A stretch of 64,000 nt of DNA from a virus (lineage: Duplodnaviria; Caudoviricetes), in IMG/VR virus record IMGVR_UViG_3300029959_000704, positions 1-64,000 of that record. One strand, written 5' to 3'. The notes below the pieces were generated by a model. It had not been told where the DNA came from, made no database searches, and saw only the letters and a program-made list of their open reading frames with translations. Position 1 is the first letter of the stretch. Each line of letters starts with the position of its first letter. Made by a program: the position numbers and the translations under genes. Of the stretch, positions 19,924 through 27,454 are shown piece by piece.

Positions 19924-20361
19924 ATGAAAGCATTACCATTACAATTACAATTAGCTCTTATTGATAAGACTATTCAACTCATGAAGAGTGATTTTATTCC
20001 ATATAGTATATGTGCTGTATTATATGATGCATACATAGAATTTAAGACAGAAGCAGATTCAAAAGATCAGAAACTAATCAATAAGTTTGAAAGAGATTAT
20101 AAAAGATCACTAATTCCTTGGGGTACCACAGCTATTGAAAGAAGAGCTCTTCCTTTATTTACATTTGGACATGCTATGCAGTTTCTAAAAGACTCTAATT
20201 TAAGCAAATATGATGGAGCTAATGAACATCTGTTTTGGTTTAAATGTGATGACCTAAATATAAGAATTAAGTTTCTTAATTATCTGAGATCTAAGATTAT
20301 TAACCAAATAAAAGAAGAAAATGGAAACATTACCATTGAAGATTCAATTAATGATAATTGA
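19924..20361 (+). CDS. Hypothetical protein, paralog family A (copy 3)
   Basis: LPLQLQLALI, SIC, LPLFTF, FWF...IRIKFLNY. Confidence 0.8.
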   Translation: MKALPLQLQLALIDKTIQLMKSDFIPYSICAVLYDAYIEFKTEADSKDQKLINKFERDYKRSLIPWGTTAIERRALPLFTFGHAMQFLKDSNLSKYDGANEHLFWFKCDDLNIRIKFLNYLRSKIINQIKEENGNITIEDSINDN

Positions 20362-20707
20362 TGAAGCAATAAAAATACTACCATCTGATTTAGGTCTTTG
20401 TAGTGCCATAGATACTGCATTTAATAAACTAATGTTTCATTCAGAATTAAGTATTGGAATGTGTCTTAATAATTTTCGTCATAGCCTTATTAAAGATGGG
20501 GTTAGTGAAATTTATGCAAGAAATCATGCTGGAAAAAAGTCAATACCTCTTTTTAATTTTGAAGAGGCTACAACATTTAGAATTAGCAGAAATCACATCT
20601 ACAAAAATTCTAGTTTAGGATGGTTCTGGTTTAGACCAGGAGAGCTTCAAATAAGATTAGATTTCTTGGAATACTTAAAAGAAAAAATCAAACAACAAAT
20701 GGGATAG
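20321..20707 (+). CDS. Hypothetical protein, paralog family A (copy 4)
   Basis: TLPLKIQLMIIDEAI, GLC, SIPLFNFEEA, FWF...IRLDFLEY. Confidence 0.8.
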   Translation: METLPLKIQLMIIDEAIKILPSDLGLCSAIDTAFNKLMFHSELSIGMCLNNFRHSLIKDGVSEIYARNHAGKKSIPLFNFEEATTFRISRNHIYKNSSLGWFWFRPGELQIRLDFLEYLKEKIKQQMG

Positions 20708-20728
20708 TTCTATAAGATCTAATCCCTA

Positions 20729-20803
20729 TGGACATAGTTCAACAAGTAGAACGCAACCATGAGTGTATGTGTTGAAATATAGGTTCGAATCCTAATTGTC
20801 CAG
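20729..20803 (+). ncRNA. tRNA-like element 1 with non-canonical anticodon arm
   Basis: Acceptor TGGACA/TGTCCA, D arm GTTC/GAAC, T arm TAGG-TTCGAAT-CCTA. The CAAC/GTTG stem encloses 13 nt rather than 7; no CCA. Confidence 0.65.
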
Positions 20804-21167
20804 CTATAATTTAAAATATTATAATGTCTCTCTTATAATAGTATTAAAACCTTGACAAGGTTTAACTTAATGTTGATTATGAGACTTGATAAAGCGGTTA
20901 TGACTTAGAAGCCAATTGTGATAATAATCCACAGAAAAGATAAGTCTATAATGTTTTAAATAAAAGTATAAAGTGTTACTAGCCATAGATAGGTATCAAG
21001 TAACATAGAGAACGATTAATATCGTGCCTACTAACACTTTATACTGCTCCCTTAATATCCTCATACCTTAATCGGGTACCTCCTTTTTTACTCTACTCAT
21101 TGTCTTAAGGCTGATTAGTATGAGGATATTATTTATTGAAATTACCAACAATCTTATATTTATTATT

Positions 21168-21635
21168 ATGAAAAACTTTATTTTATTAAGCATCATTGCT
21201 ATTATTTCATTTAGTTGTAACCCTCCTAAGAGGGAAGTAGAAAAACCTATTGATCATACAACTCAATTTGCTGTATCTTCTGTCTATATGATGATGGAAG
21301 GTGGAGAAATGGAGGAGTATTCAGATCAGCCGTTCTTGACCGTCACTCTTGACACATTGAATAAGTCATTCTCATTTGATGGAGGAGAAGGAGGAATTAA
21401 GTACATTACATACACAGGATTTAAAGAAGTTGATACTAAAAACTCTGATAAATTCTATAAAACTGATGGTACTGATCACCTGAATAATAATCTCACTCTT
21501 TCTATGCTATTTCAACAATACAAACCTTATATCTCATTAAGGATACAGATCGAAGAATTGATCTTTATATATGTATTATATCCTATGCAAGAAATGAATG
21601 ACGATGGGTACACAAAATTGGCCGGATTATTATAA
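21168..21635 (+). CDS. Predicted lipoprotein
   Basis: Start moved to ATG 21168; MKNFILLSIIAIISFSC is a signal peptide with lipobox Cys. Confidence 0.75.
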   Translation: MKNFILLSIIAIISFSCNPPKREVEKPIDHTTQFAVSSVYMMMEGGEMEEYSDQPFLTVTLDTLNKSFSFDGGEGGIKYITYTGFKEVDTKNSDKFYKTDGTDHLNNNLTLSMLFQQYKPYISLRIQIEELIFIYVLYPMQEMNDDGYTKLAGLL

Positions 21636-22224
21636 ATTTAGAGTAAATAGTCTATACTACGAAGCTTATTTTGCTGAGAAGTATGGACTATTTATTGATA
21701 TGATTTGTAAAAGACTAGATGAAGGAGATATTACCACAATTATTGAAGAAGGATGTGGTATAGGAAGTATAACAAAGCAATTATTTCCTAAATTTCCTAA
21801 TATTAAGTACAAACTAAGAGATAAGGATGTTGGCATGCTTGTATTAGCAGAGAAAAATCTATCTTGTTATATTGATAGAGATCTTTATCCTAAAAATGGG
21901 GCATTATTAGCAGGATCAGATAATATATCATTTACTGTTTATGATATTTTCAATAGTAATGGCATACCAGTAACACCTAATGCTCTTACCATTACCCATG
22001 GAGTTTTAGAACATTTTGGTGATTATTCTATTGAATTAGCTATATTTAATATGAACCGCTATTCAAGAACACAACTTCATTATGTCCCATTAAATGGTTA
22101 TAATACTCCTTCTTTTGGTGATGAAAGATTACTACCAGCAAGTCACTGGATAGATCTCCTTGGTTTACATAAACCTAATTATATAATAAAAGATAATAAA
22201 GATTTATTCTTTCAAATTGGTTAA
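21598..22224 (+). CDS. Class I SAM-dependent methyltransferase
   Basis: Motif I IIEEGCGIG, acidic end of strand 2 (RDKD), THGVLEHF. No DPPY/NPPY or PC motif. Confidence 0.8.
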   Translation: MTMGTQNWPDYYKFRVNSLYYEAYFAEKYGLFIDMICKRLDEGDITTIIEEGCGIGSITKQLFPKFPNIKYKLRDKDVGMLVLAEKNLSCYIDRDLYPKNGALLAGSDNISFTVYDIFNSNGIPVTPNALTITHGVLEHFGDYSIELAIFNMNRYSRTQLHYVPLNGYNTPSFGDERLLPASHWIDLLGLHKPNYIIKDNKDLFFQIG

Positions 22225-22435
22225 AATTATGGCTAAATTTAACTTTTCAAATTACAAAGATTGTGTTAAACAACTTAAAAAACAAGGTATTACACATCTT
22301 GGTTGGATAGAAGATGGTATTAAATTACCTACAGGAGTAAGATTCACTGAAGTCTTCTCAAATAAAAATAATTCTGAATGTATATTTCTGTCAGAAGAGC
22401 AAAAGCTTTGCTATTCTGCAGACCTTTCAGAATAA
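22217..22435 (+). CDS. Hypothetical protein
   Basis: 72 aa, translationally coupled to the methyltransferase. Confidence 0.6.
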   Translation: MVKIMAKFNFSNYKDCVKQLKKQGITHLGWIEDGIKLPTGVRFTEVFSNKNNSECIFLSEEQKLCYSADLSE

Positions 22436-22752
22436 TAATTTTTTCCGAATCCTTTTTAAATGTTTATACATTTTTGCATAGCACATTTAGTAGGACTCAA
22501 GTAGCTATTGCAGTGAAAACTAGTCTCGAAGCTTGGAAAATACACGTGTCTGAAATTTAAAGAGATACTTCGGAAAATCCTTTAAGTAATGCATTAGAGA
22601 TAACAATTAGATTTTTAATTGAAATTTAGGGGAAATTGTTTGTCAAAGGGTTAGACATTCTAATGCATTACTTATTCATTTACCTATTCCTATTATATAT
22701 TGAGTTTTTTGTTAATTCACTACAGTATATAATAACAAGAATAGGCTAAAAC

Positions 22753-22783
22753 AGGTATCCTATATTAATAGTATAGGATACCT
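22753..22783 (+). terminator. Strong hairpin (terminator or processing/stabilising stem)
   Basis: 12-bp perfect stem AGGTATCCTATA/TATAGGATACCT with a T-rich tail. Confidence 0.6.
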
Positions 22784-22799
22784 TTAATTTTAAAATAAT

Positions 22800-23084
22800 A
22801 TGATACTAAACACATATACAATTGATGAAATTAAAAGGGCTGAAGGATTAAATCCTGATGAACCTTGCTTTAATATCCATAAATCTAAAACTGATAATGG
22901 ACATTTTTGGACTTGCGGTAATTCAAAAGGTCCAGTGACTCAACAAGTAGATATACAGGAGGTAATAGATGCTATTCCTAATGTAGCTATTTCTGAAATA
23001 GTAGATGAGATTACCGGTGATGTAGTTTTAGTATTACATATTATTTCATCTAGATCTGAAGAAAACACTATTGTTAAATTTTAA
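22800..23084 (+). CDS. Paralog of 18325..18627
   Basis: Shared motif order (see 18325..18627). Confidence 0.75.
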   Translation: MILNTYTIDEIKRAEGLNPDEPCFNIHKSKTDNGHFWTCGNSKGPVTQQVDIQEVIDAIPNVAISEIVDEITGDVVLVLHIISSRSEENTIVKF

Positions 23085-23095
23085 TATTTAAAGCA

Positions 23096-23332
23096 ATGAA
23101 AAATTTCTTGCTGTCTAAAACTTTTTTATGGATAAGTGTACTTATCTATGTAATTTTTGTACATAATGTTGCCTCTGCTTGGGCTAAATTAAGTGGAGAG
23201 TTTTCTTACCTGCAATTATTGTTTGCCTATCTGTTCTATGGAGCAGTATTTATGGTCTTATTAGCAGTAAGACATCATTACAGAATTAAAAATAACTTTA
23301 ATAACATTTCAAAAAATGGAAAACGAAATTAA
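23096..23332 (+). CDS. Small membrane protein
   Basis: Two hydrophobic helices. Confidence 0.7.
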   Translation: MKNFLLSKTFLWISVLIYVIFVHNVASAWAKLSGEFSYLQLLFAYLFYGAVFMVLLAVRHHYRIKNNFNNISKNGKRN

Positions 23333-23906
23333 ACAACTCTCTGCTGAAGAAGAAGCCCAGAAAGCTAAAATTGAAGAATTACAGAATATTCTCATAGAGC
23401 TTCTTATCAAACCAATCCAAGAAATGCGTGATGATATACATGCTCGTATTCAGGATGTGGATAATAAATTTGGAGTTTTGGTCACTATCATTTCTGAAAA
23501 CACAATGTCTTCAGCTATGATTGGTAATGGTCATATCCTAGCTAATGGAATGATGCACATTCTTTGTGATCCAAACAATTCTGCTATGGGTGCTGAAGTG
23601 TTCCTAGCACTTTCAGATCAAGAGCATGTTACTGAAAAGGCTCTAATGTTGGCTCGTATGAAAGCTATTGCTACTATGCTTGGAAGAGATGTCTTTGAAG
23701 ATATGGATATAGCACAGAGTGGATCTAAAGAAGCTATGGAAAAACTCACAAAAGACATTGCAGATGCTCCTATTCTAGGTCAAGAAGAATCTTTGGAACC
23801 AGAAGGGTCAGCTTTGAAATCAAAGGCCAATCAATCAGCAGTAGCTATGATGATAGGAGCATTACTTGGAAATGCATTGAATTCTAAAAAGAACGAGAGG
23901 AGCTAA
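23316..23906 (+). CDS. Hypothetical protein
   Basis: 196 aa, helical, overlaps the upstream stop. Confidence 0.7.
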   Translation: MENEIKQLSAEEEAQKAKIEELQNILIELLIKPIQEMRDDIHARIQDVDNKFGVLVTIISENTMSSAMIGNGHILANGMMHILCDPNNSAMGAEVFLALSDQEHVTEKALMLARMKAIATMLGRDVFEDMDIAQSGSKEAMEKLTKDIADAPILGQEESLEPEGSALKSKANQSAVAMMIGALLGNALNSKKNERS

Positions 23907-23918
23907 TTCGCAATCTAG

Positions 23919-23949
23919 GATATCCTCAATGTAAAAAGTTGAGGATATC
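23919..23949 (+). terminator. Strong hairpin
   Basis: 11-bp perfect stem GATATCCTCAA/TTGAGGATATC just after a stop codon. Confidence 0.6.
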
Positions 23950-24057
23950 TTACTATATATATGGCAATCCAGCCGAACATCAAACAAGCCTATGGATTTA
24001 GGCGATCTATTATTACGTGACATATTGTCATGAAAAACACATTTAATTTTTTAAAAA

Positions 24058-24408
24058 ATGAACAAATTTCAAAGCGTCCTTAAACAGTCTTCAAAAGACA
24101 TTAAAGAGAACAGAGCGAGAATCGCAAGTGAAAATGCAAAAGATGCTGCAGAAGAACTCGTAAGAAGCATTCGTAAAGAGGTAAGAGCCCTTGAATCTGA
24201 CCTTGATAGATTAACTGACCTTAACAGGGACAGTGAGCTTTCACTTAAAGTATTGAAGGATGACTTCGATGCTTCAAAGTGGATTATGCAGATCCAAATT
24301 TGCAAGGTTCGCCTGGCAAATAAAAGAATTGAACTTGCTCTTGCTGAGGAAACTTACACTGAGTGGTTCGGAGAAACTGAGGAAAAATCTGGTAAATCAG
24401 GTAAATAA
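24058..24408 (+). CDS. Hypothetical coiled-coil protein
   Basis: 116 aa, heptad pattern, AT-rich leader. Confidence 0.75.
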   Translation: MNKFQSVLKQSSKDIKENRARIASENAKDAAEELVRSIRKEVRALESDLDRLTDLNRDSELSLKVLKDDFDASKWIMQIQICKVRLANKRIELALAEETYTEWFGETEEKSGKSGK

Positions 24409-24410
24409 TC

Positions 24411-25208
24411 ATGGAACCAATGAAAGTATACCTATCTGTCTCATATTCAGCAGATAGGGAGCTTGTTCAAAAAGTTACACAAGACTTAAATAGTCTTGAG
24501 AATGCAGTAATTTTAAGATATAATAATCCTTACAACAGTTGGAATATGTCAGATACAGCAAGACTTAAATCTGCTGATATTATGGTTGTTATTCCTCCTA
24601 AATTCCAAGAGAATTTCGACTGGAGTTGTGGTAGATATGTTGGGAAAGGACAACATAATGAAATTACTACATTTAACAAAGAGAATAGCATATACTTGGT
24701 TCAACAAACACCTGAACAGAAAAAGAATCCAAATCTTTATTATTATCATAGGATAGTATGCATGAAAACCCTACTTCCTAATGAAGATGGATACAATTTT
24801 TCAACCAGGTGTGGTTATATTCCATTAGCTGCTTCAGCTACCTTACTTGAAATACAGAAAAAAGTTATGGCCTCAAGAGATTCAAACCTTCCTCAGGAAG
24901 CACTGGATGCAATAAATGAAGCTAAAGCTGCATGTTCTACTTCAAATACAAAACCTTCAAAAAGATTCCAACAAGAGTCTAATGAAGATCTTGCAAGTGC
25001 TCTTAATGAGTTAGCTGCTTCTAAAATAGCAGTCTCAGGAAGTGTACTATTTAAAGAAGAAACTACTGGCTCTGCTTCTAACATGCGATTCAAAAAAGAC
25101 TACGCTATAGCCGCTTGTGTTACAGTTTCTGATGACGAATTGATTCCAATTCCATTAGACGCTGAGATACCAATGCTGGCTTTATATCCTGTTATATGTA
25201 AAGTATAA
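24411..25208 (+). CDS. Hypothetical protein with possible TIR / nucleoside-deoxyribosyltransferase-like N-terminal domain
   Basis: KVYLSVSY-helix-VILRY-LKSADIMVVIPP-VGKGQHNEI resembles the flavodoxin-like TIR/NDT motif order. Confidence 0.4.
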   Translation: MEPMKVYLSVSYSADRELVQKVTQDLNSLENAVILRYNNPYNSWNMSDTARLKSADIMVVIPPKFQENFDWSCGRYVGKGQHNEITTFNKENSIYLVQQTPEQKKNPNLYYYHRIVCMKTLLPNEDGYNFSTRCGYIPLAASATLLEIQKKVMASRDSNLPQEALDAINEAKAACSTSNTKPSKRFQQESNEDLASALNELAASKIAVSGSVLFKEETTGSASNMRFKKDYAIAACVTVSDDELIPIPLDAEIPMLALYPVICKV

Positions 25209-25215
25209 CAAGGTC

Positions 25216-25288
25216 TGAGAGATGGTGTATTGGTGCACGGTTTAAATATTTATTTATACAGGAGAGGGTTCGAATCCCTCTCTCTTTA
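25216..25288 (+). ncRNA. tRNA-like element 2 with non-canonical anticodon arm
   Basis: Acceptor GAGAGA/TCTCTT, D stem GTGT/GCAC with GG loop, perfect T arm GAGGG-TTCGAAT-CCCTC. The 20-nt AT-rich anticodon arm has no 7-nt loop; no CCA. Confidence 0.7.
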
Positions 25289-25313
25289 CTATTAATTTAA
25301 AACTAATTTAATT

Positions 25314-25877
25314 ATGAAAATCAGTTTAAAAAGAGCTCATGCTCTTCAACAAGAGATTAAGAATCTCATTCAGGAAAAAAATCAGGAGATATCTCCTAAT
25401 ATATCTTTTTCAGATGACTCTATTAATCCAAGAGAGCTTCTGTCGGCTAAAAGAGATTCAGTATTAGAAGCTGTAATAGCTGTAGCAGATCTTTATGGAA
25501 CACTTCAGATTGTTAGAAGTCTTGTTAAAAAAGCTAATCTTGAAGTAGATGAACTCTTATCAATTCAGGCTTTTCTTACAAATAAAGCAGAATTACTTCA
25601 GAGGGTAATCAACTTTGGATTTGGTAAATATTCAATAGAAACTATTGAAAGTAAAATTGCCAAACTTAACGATAAGGACTACAGACAGTATGGTTCTTCA
25701 ATATTTGTAGAAACTGCTCTTTTGGAATCAGATAATAAGGCTTTTAAAACGCAATTATCTCAGACAAAGAAGTCCATTCAAACTACAAAAGAAAAAATTG
25801 CCGAATTAAATTTAACAACACAAATTGAAATACCAGAATCTGCCGCTGGTATTTTGCAAAAGTATGACCTCTTGTAG
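25314..25877 (+). CDS. Hypothetical coiled-coil protein
   Basis: 187 aa starting MKISLKRAHALQQEI; helical. Confidence 0.75.
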   Translation: MKISLKRAHALQQEIKNLIQEKNQEISPNISFSDDSINPRELLSAKRDSVLEAVIAVADLYGTLQIVRSLVKKANLEVDELLSIQAFLTNKAELLQRVINFGFGKYSIETIESKIAKLNDKDYRQYGSSIFVETALLESDNKAFKTQLSQTKKSIQTTKEKIAELNLTTQIEIPESAAGILQKYDLL

Positions 25878-25889
25878 GTAATACTTTAT

Positions 25890-26090
25890 GGAAAAGAAGG
25901 TGAAGCATCATTTTTATAATGATTCACTATGAAACTACTTTTTATGTAGTTTAGTAATAATAATGCAAAGATGTGTTTTCCGGCGAGAAGATTTTGTATT
26001 TTGCTCCGGAAGAATATATCACATTTGAAATTTGTTGATTGCTTAATGTACATTACATATTGTTTTCAATACCTTCTTTTCCTTTTTTAT
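25890..26090 (+). ncRNA. Candidate ~200-nt multibranch structured RNA
   Basis: Perfect 12-bp closing stem 25890-25901/26071-26082 followed by a T run, with three internal hairpins. Confidence 0.5.
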
Positions 26091-26184
26091 TTAATTTAGT
26101 AATAATTACTCTCTTTATTTATAAATTTTTTATTTAGTATTGTGTTATTTTCATATAAATAAAGAGAGTTTAATAATATTTGTT

Positions 26185-26610
26185 ATGTTTATCTTTAATA
26201 AAAAGAAACAGAGACTAAAAGAACTTAGATTAACTTTGTTAATATTAAACTTAATGTTGTCTCATCTTATCTACCTTAGAAATTCTAAGATATCTTCATT
26301 ATCTGTACGCCAATCCACGGGATTATGTAATATTTACCATGAAGTTATTAATCAAATAAAATACATTCTAACAGAAAAAAGTATGGATATTTTAAGTTTC
26401 AATGGTTTCCAAAGATTACTTGATCCTTATACAACTAGACATTACGCAATTGAGAATTTTAAAGCAAATTCAATATCTAGTTTTTGGTGGGATAGAAAAG
26501 ATATATATACCCGTATAGACTTCTTGCGACATATTATTTACCAAATTGAAGATGAAGTATCTCAATTAGAATGTAAATATAAAGCAAATAATTATGGAAA
26601 ATACATTTAA
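26185..26610 (+). CDS. Hypothetical protein, distant member of paralog family A
   Basis: Start moved to ATG 26185; GLC and FWW...TRIDFL motifs. Confidence 0.65.
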   Translation: MFIFNKKKQRLKELRLTLLILNLMLSHLIYLRNSKISSLSVRQSTGLCNIYHEVINQIKYILTEKSMDILSFNGFQRLLDPYTTRHYAIENFKANSISSFWWDRKDIYTRIDFLRHIIYQIEDEVSQLECKYKANNYGKYI

Positions 26611-26824
26611 ATTATTAACAGCTGAACAAGCTAAAGAAATTAGTACAAAAGCCAATAATCCTGAATTAACAGTTATACTTAATAGTATCAAAGAAAAGGC
26701 TGAGAAAAGTTCTAGAACTTATCATCATTACGCAAGGCTTTCTGAATCTACTATAATTTTTTTAAATGAATTAGGATATAAAATTCATGAATTTGAATCT
26801 ACTCATTTTAAAATATACTGGTAA
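26594..26824 (+). CDS. Hypothetical protein, tandem pair B (copy 1)
   Basis: LLTAEQAKEI...ILNSIK...LGYKI...IYW. Confidence 0.75.
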   Translation: MENTFKLLTAEQAKEISTKANNPELTVILNSIKEKAEKSSRTYHHYARLSESTIIFLNELGYKIHEFESTHFKIYW

Positions 26825-26850
26825 TAATGTTAACTTTTAATAAATAAGTA

Positions 26851-27072
26851 ATGGAAGAATTATTAACAGCTAATGAAGCAAGAAAGCTTACTACAGATTC
26901 TGAAAAAGCAGAATTATTTATTATTTTAAATGGAATAAAAAATGCTGCAAAATTAAGTTTACCATTCTATACATATGATAAAGAACTTAATAATTCTATT
27001 ATCAATGATTTACAAAATTTAGGGTATAGAATTACTTATATAGAAACTCCAAAATACATTATATCCTGGTAA
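26851..27072 (+). CDS. Hypothetical protein, tandem pair B (copy 2)
   Basis: LLTANEARKL...ILNGIK...LGYRI...ISW. Confidence 0.75.
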   Translation: MEELLTANEARKLTTDSEKAELFIILNGIKNAAKLSLPFYTYDKELNNSIINDLQNLGYRITYIETPKYIISW

Positions 27073-27074
27073 CT

Positions 27075-27386
27075 ATGGAAAGAATTAAACCAAGACCTAT
27101 TCATATACTACTTAAAATAGTTATTGATAATTTCAGAGCTCATTTTGAAGATGGGCTTTGTCATACTTTTAGATCCATGCAAGAGTGGAATGTGATTAAT
27201 CATACAGAATGTGTTGAGCTAGATGTTTTCTTGAGATCACACAAGTCAACTAATTCAAAAAAGAAAAAATGGCCTTATTTTTGGGAAGTAAACAGACCTT
27301 TTCCAAGAAAAGCTTGGTTATGGAAACATTACATTCTTCAATCAATAAAATTTAAACTTGAAAATAAAAGGGGTAAAGTTTTTTAA
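27075..27386 (+). CDS. Hypothetical protein, distant member of paralog family A
   Basis: GLC and YFW...PRKAWL motifs. Confidence 0.65.
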   Translation: MERIKPRPIHILLKIVIDNFRAHFEDGLCHTFRSMQEWNVINHTECVELDVFLRSHKSTNSKKKKWPYFWEVNRPFPRKAWLWKHYILQSIKFKLENKRGKVF

Positions 27387-27454
27387 AAATTAAACTAATG
27401 AGTTTGTGTTATAATTTTAAGAAAATCCTTTATTCCTTTTTACTTTTTATAAAC

